Virus record (IMG/VR): IMGVR_UViG_2548876940_000011
DNA: 39,560 nt
Source of the DNA: a virus
Lineage: Duplodnaviria > Heunggongvirae > Uroviricota > Caudoviricetes
Strand: one strand, 5' to 3'
The number at the start of each line of letters is the position of its first letter. Positions within the stretch are counted from its first letter, which is position 1. Of this stretch, positions 1 to 9,155 are shown in pieces. The notes under the pieces are model-generated. The model saw nothing but the letters and a program-made list of their open reading frames with translations, did no database searches and was not told the origin of the DNA. A program made the position numbers and the translations under genes.

Positions 1-199
1 TCTGCCGCCTGCCGGGCTGACTCCGATGCCTCCCCTGCTGAAGTGTCAGCATTTGCCGCGCTCGCTTCCGCCTGACTGACTGATATGCCGGCATTCCTCG
101 CGGACGTCTCTGCTTCTCCGGCATTCTTCTTCGCCTCCTCTGCGTGACGCGCCACCTCTTCCACCATCAGTTCAAAACGACGCAGTGCCTCCGGACGGA
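1..199 (-). pseudogene. stf: Distal part of a lambdoid side-tail-fibre (Stf-like) gene, separated from its 5-prime part by the prophage insertion; continues beyond the window start
   Basis: Minus-strand frame open across 1..197, reading RPEALRRFELMVEEVARHAEEAKKNAGEAETSARNAGISVSQAEASAANADTSAGEASESARQAA; joins in frame with the fragment at 39083..39385 once the insertion and one repeat copy are removed. Confidence 0.7.
195..199. repeat. Left copy of 5-bp target-site duplication ACGGA
   Basis: ACGGA immediately precedes the element end TGTAACC at 200 and recurs at 39083..39087; removing the element and one copy restores ...GAT GAC GTC CGT CCG GAG... (EDDVRPE) in the stf frame. Confidence 0.6.
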
Positions 200-380
200 T
201 GTAACCAGGTGAATCATTTGATACCGACAAGGGTTTTAGTGAAAGGAGGTGAAATCACCTGTAAGATGCTGAAATAAAACAGGTGATGTATACTTCGGAC
301 GGAAAACTCTTTTTGATACCGACTGCTCAACAAATAGTCAAAAGATCAAAAAACGGCGACACATTTGATACTGCTAATTT
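200..380. repeat. Left end (attL-like) with three candidate transposase-binding repeats
   Basis: TTTGATACCGAC at about 217..228 and 312..323, TTTGATACTGC at about 364..374; the same motif occurs inverted at the right end. Confidence 0.6.
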
Positions 381-555
381 ACCCTTAAAATCTTCTTCAA
401 AACATCTTCAAACTGCCAAAATGCTCACATAATCGATCTAACTATAATCAGTATGATAATCATCATGAATTACTATTCAATAGCGTGATTATCTTGGGAT
501 GAGTCATATGATCTCTATATGTATTTACAGCACCACCTCATGATAGCGATGGCGC

Positions 556-1167
556 TTAACCAACAACATTTTTCTTTACTGTCACTGCCCCTGATTCCTG
601 GGTGGCGTTATTGCTCGAGTTGTACTTCTCAATAACGCGCAAAATCTCTTTGTCTGTTTCTTCACTTCCCGCCATTCCTATCTTTATTGCATTTTTTAGT
701 ACGGGACGTAATGGCAAGGCATCAATGATGCTTTCTACCGCATCCTGGCTGATTGTAGATGTATTCATTGCTGCCAGCCTGACAAGGTTGTTAGTACCTT
801 CTCGCCTGATGAATGTAAGGATTAATTGCTTCTCTTGGGGGCTTAGAGAGCTAAGCGCCTGATCAATACCCGAACCCGAATCGCAATTTTTTTCGATTTT
901 TCCGCATTCATCTTCGTTCTTGCCTGTGGCCAACCATTCGAGTGAACAATTACAGGCTTTAGCTATTAAGGCCAGTTTATCCAAAGGAGGGAAGTTTTTC
1001 CCCTTCCTGTAATTTCTTACTGTGGCTTCAGATAGTCCACAAAGGGTCGCCAGTTCGACGTTTGTCATGTTTCCCATAGCCATAGCTAAGCGTTCTGAAA
1101 ATCGGTTTATTCCTTCCATATCAATAAACCGTTCCGCACTGGATACGGTTTTTTCTGCCTTATCCAT
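556..1167 (-). CDS. Prophage repressor, XRE-type helix-turn-helix (occupies the Mu c position)
   Basis: 203 aa; HTH-like segment NVELATLCGLSEATVRNYRKGKNFPPLDKLALIAKACNCSLEWL; divergent from ner-A-B; AT-rich like Mu c. Confidence 0.75.
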   Translation of the reverse strand: MDKAEKTVSSAERFIDMEGINRFSERLAMAMGNMTNVELATLCGLSEATVRNYRKGKNFPPLDKLALIAKACNCSLEWLATGKNEDECGKIEKNCDSGSGIDQALSSLSPQEKQLILTFIRREGTNNLVRLAAMNTSTISQDAVESIIDALPLRPVLKNAIKIGMAGSEETDKEILRVIEKYNSSNNATQESGAVTVKKNVVG

Positions 1168-1323
1168 ATAACCCCCTATAAAACAAAGAAATTATCGGCA
1201 TCGCATTTAATTTCGATATGCTCGCAAAAAACTGTTTATATCGAATTATTTTGCGATTATGATTTACCTAAATCGATAACCGGTTTTGATTATCGGTTCA
1301 GGTAAACATGAGAGGATCACACA
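1168..1323. promoter_or_regulatory. Divergent early control region between repressor and ner (operators and early/repressor promoters expected)
   Basis: 156-bp AT-rich intergenic region with recurring ATCGATA / TTATCGG-like elements between divergent genes; functional assignment is by analogy to the Mu O1-O3 region. Confidence 0.5.
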
Positions 1324-1590
1324 ATGAGGGTATCCAGACAAGCATCGAATAATTTGTTTGTTCGAGAGGGGTGTGACTGGTCTGCTAAAGCGGTATATGC
1401 AGCCCTTGAAAACAAAGGCACAGACCTCCCTGAACTGGAAAGGGAGTTAGGATTAAAAAGCGGATCAATGCGCAATGTGTTTTACCGCCAGTGCCGTAAA
1501 TACGAAGCCGCCATCGCCGAAAAAATAGGGGTTGAACCTGCTGTAATCTGGCCCAGCAGATACCAGGTGGACGCCAGAGAAGTGGCTTGA
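1324..1590 (+). CDS. ner: Ner-like DNA-binding early regulator (Ner/Nlp family)
   Basis: 88 aa; C-terminal EPAVIWPSRYQ matches the Ner family signature; lies directly upstream of the transposase. Confidence 0.85.
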   Translation: MRVSRQASNNLFVREGCDWSAKAVYAALENKGTDLPELERELGLKSGSMRNVFYRQCRKYEAAIAEKIGVEPAVIWPSRYQVDAREVA

Positions 1591-1600
1591 TGGGGGATGT

Positions 1601-3691
1601 ATGTGGGTAACAGCAAAAGAATGTGTTGGTCTTCCTGATTTACCAATGATGGAACATAACATTCGCCATCGACTCACAAAAGCAGCTGCGGGAAATGCAG
1701 CCATGTTACGCAAACGTAAGGGGACAAAAGCAATCGAATTTAATATCGATTGTTTGCCTTCTGGCGCGCAACAAGTATTGCGTGAACGTTATGCCCTTCA
1801 ACTGATGACGCAAAAAGCTGATGAATCACCGGCTCCGGTGGTGACAAAGGCCAGACGCTCATCTGCCGTGGTTGATGCGGTGGAGGCATATCGCGGATCA
1901 CCACAACTGATGCTCGAACGCCTCAATGCCCTGACTGAAAACCAGCGCCAGGTGGCTGATGCACGAATCGCGATCGTCAGCGAAGTTCTGAAAGTCGCGC
2001 AACAACCTGGTTTCAGCTGTGCGAAGGCTATCCGGTTTATCGTTGACAACCTGGCACGTTCGCAACTGGACGAGCGCATTGTGGCAATGGTTGAGACGGC
2101 GAACGCCAAAAAGGGAAACAGCCGTGCGTTGAGTGAAATCACGCTGAAACGCTGGATTGCAGCCTTTAACAAGGCGCAGAACGCCGCTGAACGCCTGCTT
2201 TTGCTGGCACCTGGTAAGCGCCAGGAAATAAAAGCCGAAGATATTAACTGGCTGCCCGAATTTCTGGCGCAGTATCGCCAGTCAAACGGCCGACCAATGA
2301 CCGAGGCTTACGAGGATTTTGTCGCTGAATGGCAGCACCGGCACGCTGATGAGCCTTATATGCTCGATATCATGCCGTCTTATGACACCATTCGCCGCGC
2401 AATGAAGAAACTGCCGGAAGTGGTGAAACAAAAAGGCCGGGTGACCGGCAGTGAATACCGCCAGCTTGAGGGATTCACGCGCCGCGACTGGTCCAGAATG
2501 CCGGTGAATTATGTCTGGATTGGTGACGGTCACGGCATGAAGCTGAAATGCGCACACCCGGTTCACGGTCGGCCATTTGCACCGGAAGTGACCTTTGTTA
2601 TCGACGGTGGCACGCGCTTTGTGGTGGGCTGGAGCCTTGACCTGGCTGAAAATGTTTTCGCCGTAGCCGGTGCCATACAGCACGGCATTCGCCATCACGG
2701 CAAACCGTTTCTGTATTACTCGGATAACGGCTCCGGGGAAACCGCCGACATCCTGGATAAGGAGGTTGTGGGGATACTGCCGCGACTGGGGATTAATCAC
2801 CCGACCGGGATTGCCGGTAATCCGCAGGGACGAGGCATTATCGAACGGCTTAACCGCACATTACCGATGCGCATAGCCCGTAAATACCGCACCTATTTCG
2901 GGAAAGGTGCAGATCGCGAGACGTTACGCAAAACCAACCGCGATTTACGCTCGGCATTTACTGCCCTGCAACAGGGCAAACGGCTGAACGCCCGGCAGCA
3001 GTCAGCGATGCGTGATTTACCGTCCTGGTCTGAACTGATTGATGCCATTCGTGACGGTGTTGAGTGGTACAACAACCGGCCGCACGATGAATTACCGGTG
3101 AAGCCGAACGGCAAGCATTACAGCCCGGCGGAGTTCAGAAAAAAACGCCTGGCGGAAGAGGACACGGAAATTGAATGGCTGTCCGATGTTGAGCTGCGGG
3201 ATATGTTCCGGCCGATGGTGGAACGCCCTGTAAGACGCTGTGAAATACGCTGGCTGAATAATATTTACTACGCGCCCGAGCTGCGTGACGAGCATGGTCG
3301 TAAGGTGCTTATCAGCTATGACATTCATGATGCCGAACGAATTACCGTACGTCGCCTGGATGGCAGCGTGATTTGCGAGGCGGTATGGGACGGCAATAAA
3401 CGCGAAGCCTTCCCGATCAGCGCGGAATACCACAAACAGCAGCAGCGCCTTAAAGGCATGCGTAAACGCGCAGAGGAAAAAATCCGTGATGCCGAGGATG
3501 AGATTGTCAACGTGCTGGAGCACAAGCCACAGGAGCCGTGGCTGGAAAATATATACCGCCCTGTGGGTAATACGGTGATCGTTCAGCAACCGGTCGCTGA
3601 CGATGAACCTGATGAAGAATACGAGCGTAATTTCCAGCGGGGATTGCAGCTGCTTGAAGCGAAATTAAAAGAAAATGACCCTCTGGCCTGA
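1601..3691 (+). CDS. Mu A-type DDE transposase
   Basis: 696 aa ORF immediately after ner and before the B-like ATPase; size and position match MuA. Confidence 0.9.
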   Translation: MWVTAKECVGLPDLPMMEHNIRHRLTKAAAGNAAMLRKRKGTKAIEFNIDCLPSGAQQVLRERYALQLMTQKADESPAPVVTKARRSSAVVDAVEAYRGSPQLMLERLNALTENQRQVADARIAIVSEVLKVAQQPGFSCAKAIRFIVDNLARSQLDERIVAMVETANAKKGNSRALSEITLKRWIAAFNKAQNAAERLLLLAPGKRQEIKAEDINWLPEFLAQYRQSNGRPMTEAYEDFVAEWQHRHADEPYMLDIMPSYDTIRRAMKKLPEVVKQKGRVTGSEYRQLEGFTRRDWSRMPVNYVWIGDGHGMKLKCAHPVHGRPFAPEVTFVIDGGTRFVVGWSLDLAENVFAVAGAIQHGIRHHGKPFLYYSDNGSGETADILDKEVVGILPRLGINHPTGIAGNPQGRGIIERLNRTLPMRIARKYRTYFGKGADRETLRKTNRDLRSAFTALQQGKRLNARQQSAMRDLPSWSELIDAIRDGVEWYNNRPHDELPVKPNGKHYSPAEFRKKRLAEEDTEIEWLSDVELRDMFRPMVERPVRRCEIRWLNNIYYAPELRDEHGRKVLISYDIHDAERITVRRLDGSVICEAVWDGNKREAFPISAEYHKQQQRLKGMRKRAEEKIRDAEDEIVNVLEHKPQEPWLENIYRPVGNTVIVQQPVADDEPDEEYERNFQRGLQLLEAKLKENDPLA

Positions 3692-3766
3692 AATAAAAAA
3701 ATAACCCGAGCGGCGACTCAGGTTATTTGATTAAACAAAGGAACTACACAAACGCGAGGTAATAAT

Positions 3767-4699
3767 ATGACCGATATAAACGATGTAATCAAGACCATTG
3801 ATGAACTTATTGATGGCGGCGTGCTGACGCAGTATGCCATCGCCAGAGAGGCGGGAATTTCCGACGGCACATTATCGGCTTTCCGCAAGGGGAAATATAA
3901 AGGCGATAACGCCGCTGTGGCTGCTTCCCTGCGCTCCTGGTATGAGAACTGGAATAAACAAAGCGCACTGCCGGAACCGCCGCAGTTTGTGGAAACTCAG
4001 ACAGTCCAGGAGCTGCGCGCACTGTTTCAGGCGGTTCGCCTGATGGGCTGTATTAACGTTATTGTGGGCGTACCGGGTGTGGGTAAAACGGCCACTGCCC
4101 GTAATTACTGCCAGGAGCAACCAAACACCTGGATGATCACCCTGTCACCCGCGCACTCCAGCGTCACGGAGTGTCTGCTGGAGCTGGCCGATGCGCTGGG
4201 GATTGATTACACCCGCGCGAACAAAGGGGCATTATCCCGCGCCATCCGCCGTCGCCTGATGGGAACGCGTGGACTGGTGATTGTGGATGAGGCGGATCAT
4301 CTTGGTATTGACGGTCTGGAGCAACTCCGGGCAATTCAGGACGCCACGGGGATCGGGATGGTGCTTATTGGTAACCCGCGCGGATTGTTTAAAGGTGGAC
4401 GCCGCGCCTTTGATGATTTATCGCGCCTGTTCAGCCGTCTTGCCCGTACAAAACAACTTCGCAAGGCCAAAAAGGCGGATGTGCTGGCCATTGCCAGGGC
4501 ATGGGGTATCAGTGGTGAGGCCGAGCTGGCTGTCATGCAGGCTATCGCTGAAAAGCCGGGAGCGTTACGCGTTCTGACACATACGCTTAACCAGGCGTGG
4601 CTCACCGCCAGCGGTGAAGGCGCGGCGCTGACAGAAAAACATATTAATGCGGCCTTTAAAGAGGTTTATACCAACCCTGAATTACTCTCACAGGTGTGA
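3767..4699 (+). CDS. Mu B-type transposition ATPase (AAA+ target DNA activator)
   Basis: 310 aa; Walker A motif GVPGVGKT; Walker B-like VIVDEAD; directly downstream of the transposase. Confidence 0.9.
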   Translation: MTDINDVIKTIDELIDGGVLTQYAIAREAGISDGTLSAFRKGKYKGDNAAVAASLRSWYENWNKQSALPEPPQFVETQTVQELRALFQAVRLMGCINVIVGVPGVGKTATARNYCQEQPNTWMITLSPAHSSVTECLLELADALGIDYTRANKGALSRAIRRRLMGTRGLVIVDEADHLGIDGLEQLRAIQDATGIGMVLIGNPRGLFKGGRRAFDDLSRLFSRLARTKQLRKAKKADVLAIARAWGISGEAELAVMQAIAEKPGALRVLTHTLNQAWLTASGEGAALTEKHINAAFKEVYTNPELLSQV

Positions 4700-4701
4700 T
4701 T

Positions 4702-4923
4702 ATGGCGGTATTTAATATTCCTGATATTTACGGACGCTTTTACCTGGTTAATTTCGATAACGTGAAGGTGATTTCACTGGCCGAAAATAAAGAATGTGGC
4801 GATTTACTTTTTGAATTTAATGACCGCACACGAATGGTGATATCTGCCGGACTTGATCGCGAAGGTGCGACAGAAGTTTACAGCGGAATATGCCGTTCTG
4901 TTGGTGCGAAACAAGTCAGCTAA
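4702..4923 (+). CDS. Hypothetical small early protein (in the position of Mu kil)
   Basis: ORF 4696..4923; ATG at 4702 follows AGGTG; overlaps the B stop. Confidence 0.5.
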   Translation: MAVFNIPDIYGRFYLVNFDNVKVISLAENKECGDLLFEFNDRTRMVISAGLDREGATEVYSGICRSVGAKQVS

Positions 4924-4935
4924 ATGAGGTGTTAT

Positions 4936-5190
4936 ATGAATATGCAATCCTGCGGTAACAAAATGAATTTATTCGACTCCCTGAACAGCGCGCGCCGTCT
5001 GACCGAACTTGCCGGTGCGGTACTGGAACGCAGTAAGCGCTATCCGCAACGTTTTGCACTGAAAACCACGCCGCCGGTAGGCAACGTGCAGGGAACCGGT
5101 GAAATTGAAATCACCATACAGACCAACGGCCTGCGCCGCCGTGTGAAGGCCACCCGCATCAGCGGCTGCACGGTTTACTGGGAGGTGTGA
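4936..5190 (+). CDS. Hypothetical early protein
   Basis: ORF 4924..5190; in-frame ATG at 4936 or 4942 after GAGGTG; start uncertain. Confidence 0.45.
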   Translation: MNMQSCGNKMNLFDSLNSARRLTELAGAVLERSKRYPQRFALKTTPPVGNVQGTGEIEITIQTNGLRRRVKATRISGCTVYWEV

Positions 5191-5191
5191 G

Positions 5192-5473
5192 GTGAAACGA
5201 AATCTCATTGCATGGGCGTGGTCGAGTGGTCTTATTGAGTTTGGTTACGTCCTGCCGGAAGGTGCATTGCCGATAGTTGCCGGAAAGCCTGCCACGGTAC
5301 GGCATGTGATTGAGGTTATGGCGCGTCATGGACGTGATGAACAGGAGCAGTTACTGGTTCCGGGGATACCGGAAGCGGTGACGGAGGAAGAAGCCTTTAA
5401 TGCCATGATTCGGTTCTGCCGTGAGGTCAGACGCCGGGTCAGTTATCCAAACAGAACGAGGACCAGAGGATGA
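5192..5473 (+). CDS. Hypothetical early protein (GTG start)
   Basis: 93 aa ORF; GTG preceded by GGAGGTGTGAG; tightly packed with neighbours. Confidence 0.4.
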   Translation: MKRNLIAWAWSSGLIEFGYVLPEGALPIVAGKPATVRHVIEVMARHGRDEQEQLLVPGIPEAVTEEEAFNAMIRFCREVRRRVSYPNRTRTRG

Positions 5474-5742
5474 GTAAAGTCGTACACATTATTTTCGAAT
5501 ATAAGGAGCACGTTATCCATAAAAACGCTGATGGAACAGTGCGCATGGGGGTAAGTCTGGACATACGTTCAACCGGGATAAAGCAGAAAGGTGATGGACC
5601 CGCCATGATTTTTGGGGTGGTTATGCTCGCGGAAAGCAGAAACTTCGCAGAGCTTGTGGCAATGAAAGCCAGTGCATTCATGAAAGACAGGGGCATGGCT
5701 TCCGGGGTTATTAACGGTAATGAATTTAATCAGCAGGGGTAA
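5470..5742 (+). CDS. Hypothetical small early protein, paralogue A
   Basis: 90 aa, begins MSKVVHIIFEYKEHV; 4-bp overlap with the upstream ORF. Confidence 0.45.
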   Translation: MSKVVHIIFEYKEHVIHKNADGTVRMGVSLDIRSTGIKQKGDGPAMIFGVVMLAESRNFAELVAMKASAFMKDRGMASGVINGNEFNQQG

Positions 5743-5746
5743 TTCC

Positions 5747-6040
5747 ATGAGCAAAGTACGCGTTATTTTTGAATTTAACCACGTAATGCATGAAGTAAAG
5801 CCAGCCGGTAATGATAGTCAGGAAATCACGGAGGGGGTTACTGCCACTGTAAAAATCGAACGTGATACGGAGAACAGACCGACAGGCCCATGTGATGTTT
5901 ATGCGCAAATTCTTAAATATCACAGCCCCACAATTATTCAGTTTCTGACAGATGAACTTCAGGGTTCCATGCAGGCTCTGGGGGTGAAAAGCAGCATTGA
6001 GCGCCGCTCCTTGCAGAACGCACCAGATACATTGCAATAA
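5747..6040 (+). CDS. Hypothetical small early protein, paralogue B
   Basis: ORF 5720..6040; internal ATG at 5747 gives MSKVRVIFEFNHV, similar to the N-terminus of the preceding ORF; RBS-like AGGGG upstream. Confidence 0.45.
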   Translation: MSKVRVIFEFNHVMHEVKPAGNDSQEITEGVTATVKIERDTENRPTGPCDVYAQILKYHSPTIIQFLTDELQGSMQALGVKSSIERRSLQNAPDTLQ

Positions 6041-6051
6041 GGAAAAACAAA

Positions 6052-6582
6052 ATGGCAAAACGCGTTACAAAATTAAAGGCTGTAGCCGAGGCCGCACCGC
6101 AGACCCGCGAAGAAGTCAGCCGCGATATCCGCACCCTGGGCGATATTCAGCGAGAGGCGCTGCGCCTGGAAACGGCGATGAATGATGAAGTGGCAGAAAT
6201 CACCGCCCGTTATACGCCGCAGATTGAAAATCTTAAAAAGCAAATCAAAGTGCTTTTTAAAGGGATTCAGGACTGGTGTAAAACCAACCGTGATGAGCTG
6301 ACGAACGGCGGCAAAACCAAAACTGCCAATCTGACCACCGGAACGGTGTCATGGCGGCTGGGAACGCCATCATGCAGCGTCAGCCGTGATGTGGAAGGTG
6401 TGATTGACACGCTGCGCCGTATGGGGCTTGAGCGATTCATCCGCACGAAAGAGGAAGTGAACAAGGAAGCCGTCCTGGCGGAGCCGGATGCGGTGAAAGG
6501 CATTGCCGGTATAAAGGTGAATAAAGGCGCTGAAAGTTTTTATGTCGAGCCTTTTGAACAGGATGCCGGACTGAATAAATAA
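6052..6582 (+). CDS. gam: Gam, Ku-like host-nuclease inhibitor that binds DNA ends
   Basis: 176 aa; segments LGDIQREALRLETAMND, NRDELTNGGKTKTANL, FIRTKEEVNKEA match Mu Gam as recalled from memory. Confidence 0.9.
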   Translation: MAKRVTKLKAVAEAAPQTREEVSRDIRTLGDIQREALRLETAMNDEVAEITARYTPQIENLKKQIKVLFKGIQDWCKTNRDELTNGGKTKTANLTTGTVSWRLGTPSCSVSRDVEGVIDTLRRMGLERFIRTKEEVNKEAVLAEPDAVKGIAGIKVNKGAESFYVEPFEQDAGLNK

Positions 6583-6679
6583 CACCGCATTAATTATTTA
6601 AATATCACTTCATTTTAATTATGGCGCTCGCGTCAGGGGACTGCTTGCGCCTGAAAGCTGAAAATAAGGAATCGGAAAT

Positions 6680-7222
6680 ATGGCATATTTTTATTTCAAA
6701 TTAGACCGTGTGCAGACAAATAAATATTTCACCAAATATCAACAGGCTGTTTTACCGCTACGCAACAGTATTCTTCGGACATTACTGAAAGATACAGGCG
6801 CTGCCGGATTGCGCTTAAAGCCGTTCGCCATGGACAGAATCAGTGAGTTTTATTTTGCCGGTGCTCTGCCTGCGGGCTGGCGTAAGCGCGATGATGTGGC
6901 TTTTATCGGTGGCGGACAGTGCTTTATAGCCAGACCTGATGAGTCATGCCCTGAAGGACCGGCGATTGCCGCAATGATTGAAGCCGCTGAACGCGAGTTA
7001 AGAAAGCGTCCTGATTTCCTTGTCTGGCTCTGTGAAAAGCTGGGGGTAATGAGAATCCCCTCCATGTTTAACACGGACTCCTGGTGGACCCCTTCGTTCT
7101 CCCGTGATGCTCTGTGCGTGGTGTTTAAAGTGGGCGCTTATGGCAGGGAAATAAACGGATGTATTCCTGAAGAATGCCAGGAAATTAAACATTCTGAATA
7201 TGTGGCGCTGACGGAGGAATAA
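6680..7222 (+). CDS. Hypothetical early protein
   Basis: 180 aa ORF; first of a tightly coupled run of four similar-sized ORFs; no motif recognised. Confidence 0.55.
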   Translation: MAYFYFKLDRVQTNKYFTKYQQAVLPLRNSILRTLLKDTGAAGLRLKPFAMDRISEFYFAGALPAGWRKRDDVAFIGGGQCFIARPDESCPEGPAIAAMIEAAERELRKRPDFLVWLCEKLGVMRIPSMFNTDSWWTPSFSRDALCVVFKVGAYGREINGCIPEECQEIKHSEYVALTEE

Positions 7223-7225
7223 TTC

Positions 7226-7759
7226 ATGATTGATGCAAAAGTGCTTGAAGGGGTTAAAAACTGGCTGAGTATTTACGGGCGTCTGACCTGCGGCGTACTG
7301 GCTGAAAAAATGAATATGCCGCCATCCTCCATGGTTTATTTTCTGCGTGATGCGGTTGATGCCGGGGTGCTGACGGAATGTAACGGTTTTTATGATATTC
7401 CGCGTCCCCGCCCGGTGCAGCCGGTTCGTCGCAAATGCAGACAGGAATCTGCGGCTGATGATGTTCAGTGGTGCAGCTTCAGAAAATCCCTGCCATGGAT
7501 TGAGGGGCATGATATTCCGTCGATGGCGTGGGAATTTGCTCAGGGCGTTCTGACCTGTGAAACCGTTTATGTGGTGGCTGAAGTTGATGAGCAGGCCATG
7601 AAAGAAGGCGTGCCCCAGTTTGTGATGGCGTATATCGACATTCGCCTGGGTGTCATCATCTGCGGTTTAAGCGGCTGGAATATCACCGCGCGTGTTCTGC
7701 GCTACCTGATTGTTGACCGGACAGCAGCGCCTGCCGGGATATCTGCGGAGGTGGCGTAA
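7226..7759 (+). CDS. Hypothetical early protein, possible N-terminal winged-helix
   Basis: 177 aa; starts 4 bp after the previous stop. Confidence 0.55.
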   Translation: MIDAKVLEGVKNWLSIYGRLTCGVLAEKMNMPPSSMVYFLRDAVDAGVLTECNGFYDIPRPRPVQPVRRKCRQESAADDVQWCSFRKSLPWIEGHDIPSMAWEFAQGVLTCETVYVVAEVDEQAMKEGVPQFVMAYIDIRLGVIICGLSGWNITARVLRYLIVDRTAAPAGISAEVA

Positions 7760-8274
7760 TGTTCTTTAAAACATCAAACCCTTCCGCGCTGGCTGCGTGG
7801 CAAAAATACCAGCAGGACTGCCAGACGGTAAAAGATGAGGCGAAACGCCTTGAGGCCGTGCTGAATGTTGCGTGCCGGTCGGTATTTGAATTCAGTATCA
7901 GTGGTTTTTGTTTTAAGGGACTGCGTTTTACGGAGGACAAATATCCTTTTCATCGCGACTTATGGCGAAAACCGACTGCGTCGAATGGCTGGAGCTGCAC
8001 ACCGCGCACATCACGTATCCCTAAAGCCCTGCGTGTTGCCTCTGATGAACTGAACAGTCTGTGGCGTGAATATTCGCCCGTCACGTATGCCAGAACCGAT
8101 GCCCTGTTGTTCTGGCTGGGTATTGACTTCTCAGCAATATTGTATGGTCCCGTGAACTGGTTCTGCGTTGACAATGTGATTTATCTTCAGTGCGAAGATG
8201 ATTCCGCAAAACGGAAAATGACCGAAATTCTGTCTGATGAGTTTTATGCTGCCGAAAAGCGAGTCAGGGGGTGA
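7759..8274 (+). CDS. Hypothetical early protein
   Basis: 171 aa; start overlaps the previous stop (TAATG). Confidence 0.55.
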   Translation: MFFKTSNPSALAAWQKYQQDCQTVKDEAKRLEAVLNVACRSVFEFSISGFCFKGLRFTEDKYPFHRDLWRKPTASNGWSCTPRTSRIPKALRVASDELNSLWREYSPVTYARTDALLFWLGIDFSAILYGPVNWFCVDNVIYLQCEDDSAKRKMTEILSDEFYAAEKRVRG

Positions 8275-8277
8275 TGT

Positions 8278-8829
8278 ATGATGATTTTACAACACATGGG
8301 GCGAAAAGGTCGTACACCCGCTCATGTCCGCGCGTGGACACCTGAAGAAGATGCGCTACTGATTGCGCTTTATTCATCCACCCCGGTTAAGGATATTGCT
8401 GCCAGAATAAAAAGAACTGTCTGGGCTGTATATAACCGGACTGGTGTATTGCGCAGTTCATACCCGGAGTTACTGAAATATAAACACCCAAGATTTACAC
8501 CTGATGAAGATAAGTTTATTCGAAAAAATGCCAGAACAATGACCTGCCAGCAAATGGGAGAATATCTCGGACGTAATAAAGATTCTGTCAGATGTCGGGC
8601 AGGAATGATTGGTGCTGGATTAACAAAGTGCGGAGAGTTACGCCCCGGCACGCGCATATCTGATGATGATGTACGTCTTATACGTGCGCTGCGTGATTCC
8701 GATTACCCACGCCGTCTGTCATTCCGGGAAATTGGCGAAAAGTTTGGAATATCTGAACATTCTGCTCACGCAGTTTATTACCGTCGCCGGACTGCCGAGG
8801 ACGCTGTATTACGGGAGTTAACGCCATGA
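8278..8829 (+). CDS. Putative DNA-binding protein with three tandem Myb/SANT-like repeats
   Basis: 183 aa; three ~50-aa repeats (WTPEEDALLIALY..., FTPDEDKFIRKNA..., ISDDDVRLIRALR...) each shaped like a helix-turn-helix unit. Confidence 0.5.
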   Translation: MMILQHMGRKGRTPAHVRAWTPEEDALLIALYSSTPVKDIAARIKRTVWAVYNRTGVLRSSYPELLKYKHPRFTPDEDKFIRKNARTMTCQQMGEYLGRNKDSVRCRAGMIGAGLTKCGELRPGTRISDDDVRLIRALRDSDYPRRLSFREIGEKFGISEHSAHAVYYRRRTAEDAVLRELTP

Positions 8830-9155
8830 TAACGACCTTATTTGTTGAATCAGATGAACCTCTTGTGTGTGCCGCCGGAATGCCGCTCTGTGGCGGAACG
8901 CTGACCGGTGTTTATTTCGGGGATTTACGCGGTTATCCCTGGCATTCACTGAATGATGCTTTCCCACCTGATATGGAGGCTGTCGTGCTGATTGTTCAGT
9001 ATGGTCACCGTCAGGAGCTGCGCATCGGCCATATGGGGTATGAAGGCTTTTTTGTTGATGAAGAAACCGGAGCCTGCCTTGAAGATGAAGACGGACAGGT
9101 GACGCACTGGTGTCATATTTCGGCTTTACCGGAATTACGGGAGGTGAATGCGTGA
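8826..9155 (+). CDS. Hypothetical early protein
   Basis: 109 aa; 4-bp overlap with the upstream ORF. Confidence 0.5.
   Translation: MITTLFVESDEPLVCAAGMPLCGGTLTGVYFGDLRGYPWHSLNDAFPPDMEAVVLIVQYGHRQELRIGHMGYEGFFVDEETGACLEDEDGQVTHWCHISALPELREVNA

Noticed and set aside
2282-2800. 172-aa minus-strand ORF inside the transposase gene
   Set aside because: Fully antisense to a well-supported gene; no RBS seen; composition typical of a GC-rich antisense frame.
3701-3726. Possible terminator hairpin after the transposase stop
   Set aside because: AT-rich 6-bp stem with a 14-nt loop; too weak to call, and B must be co-transcribed.
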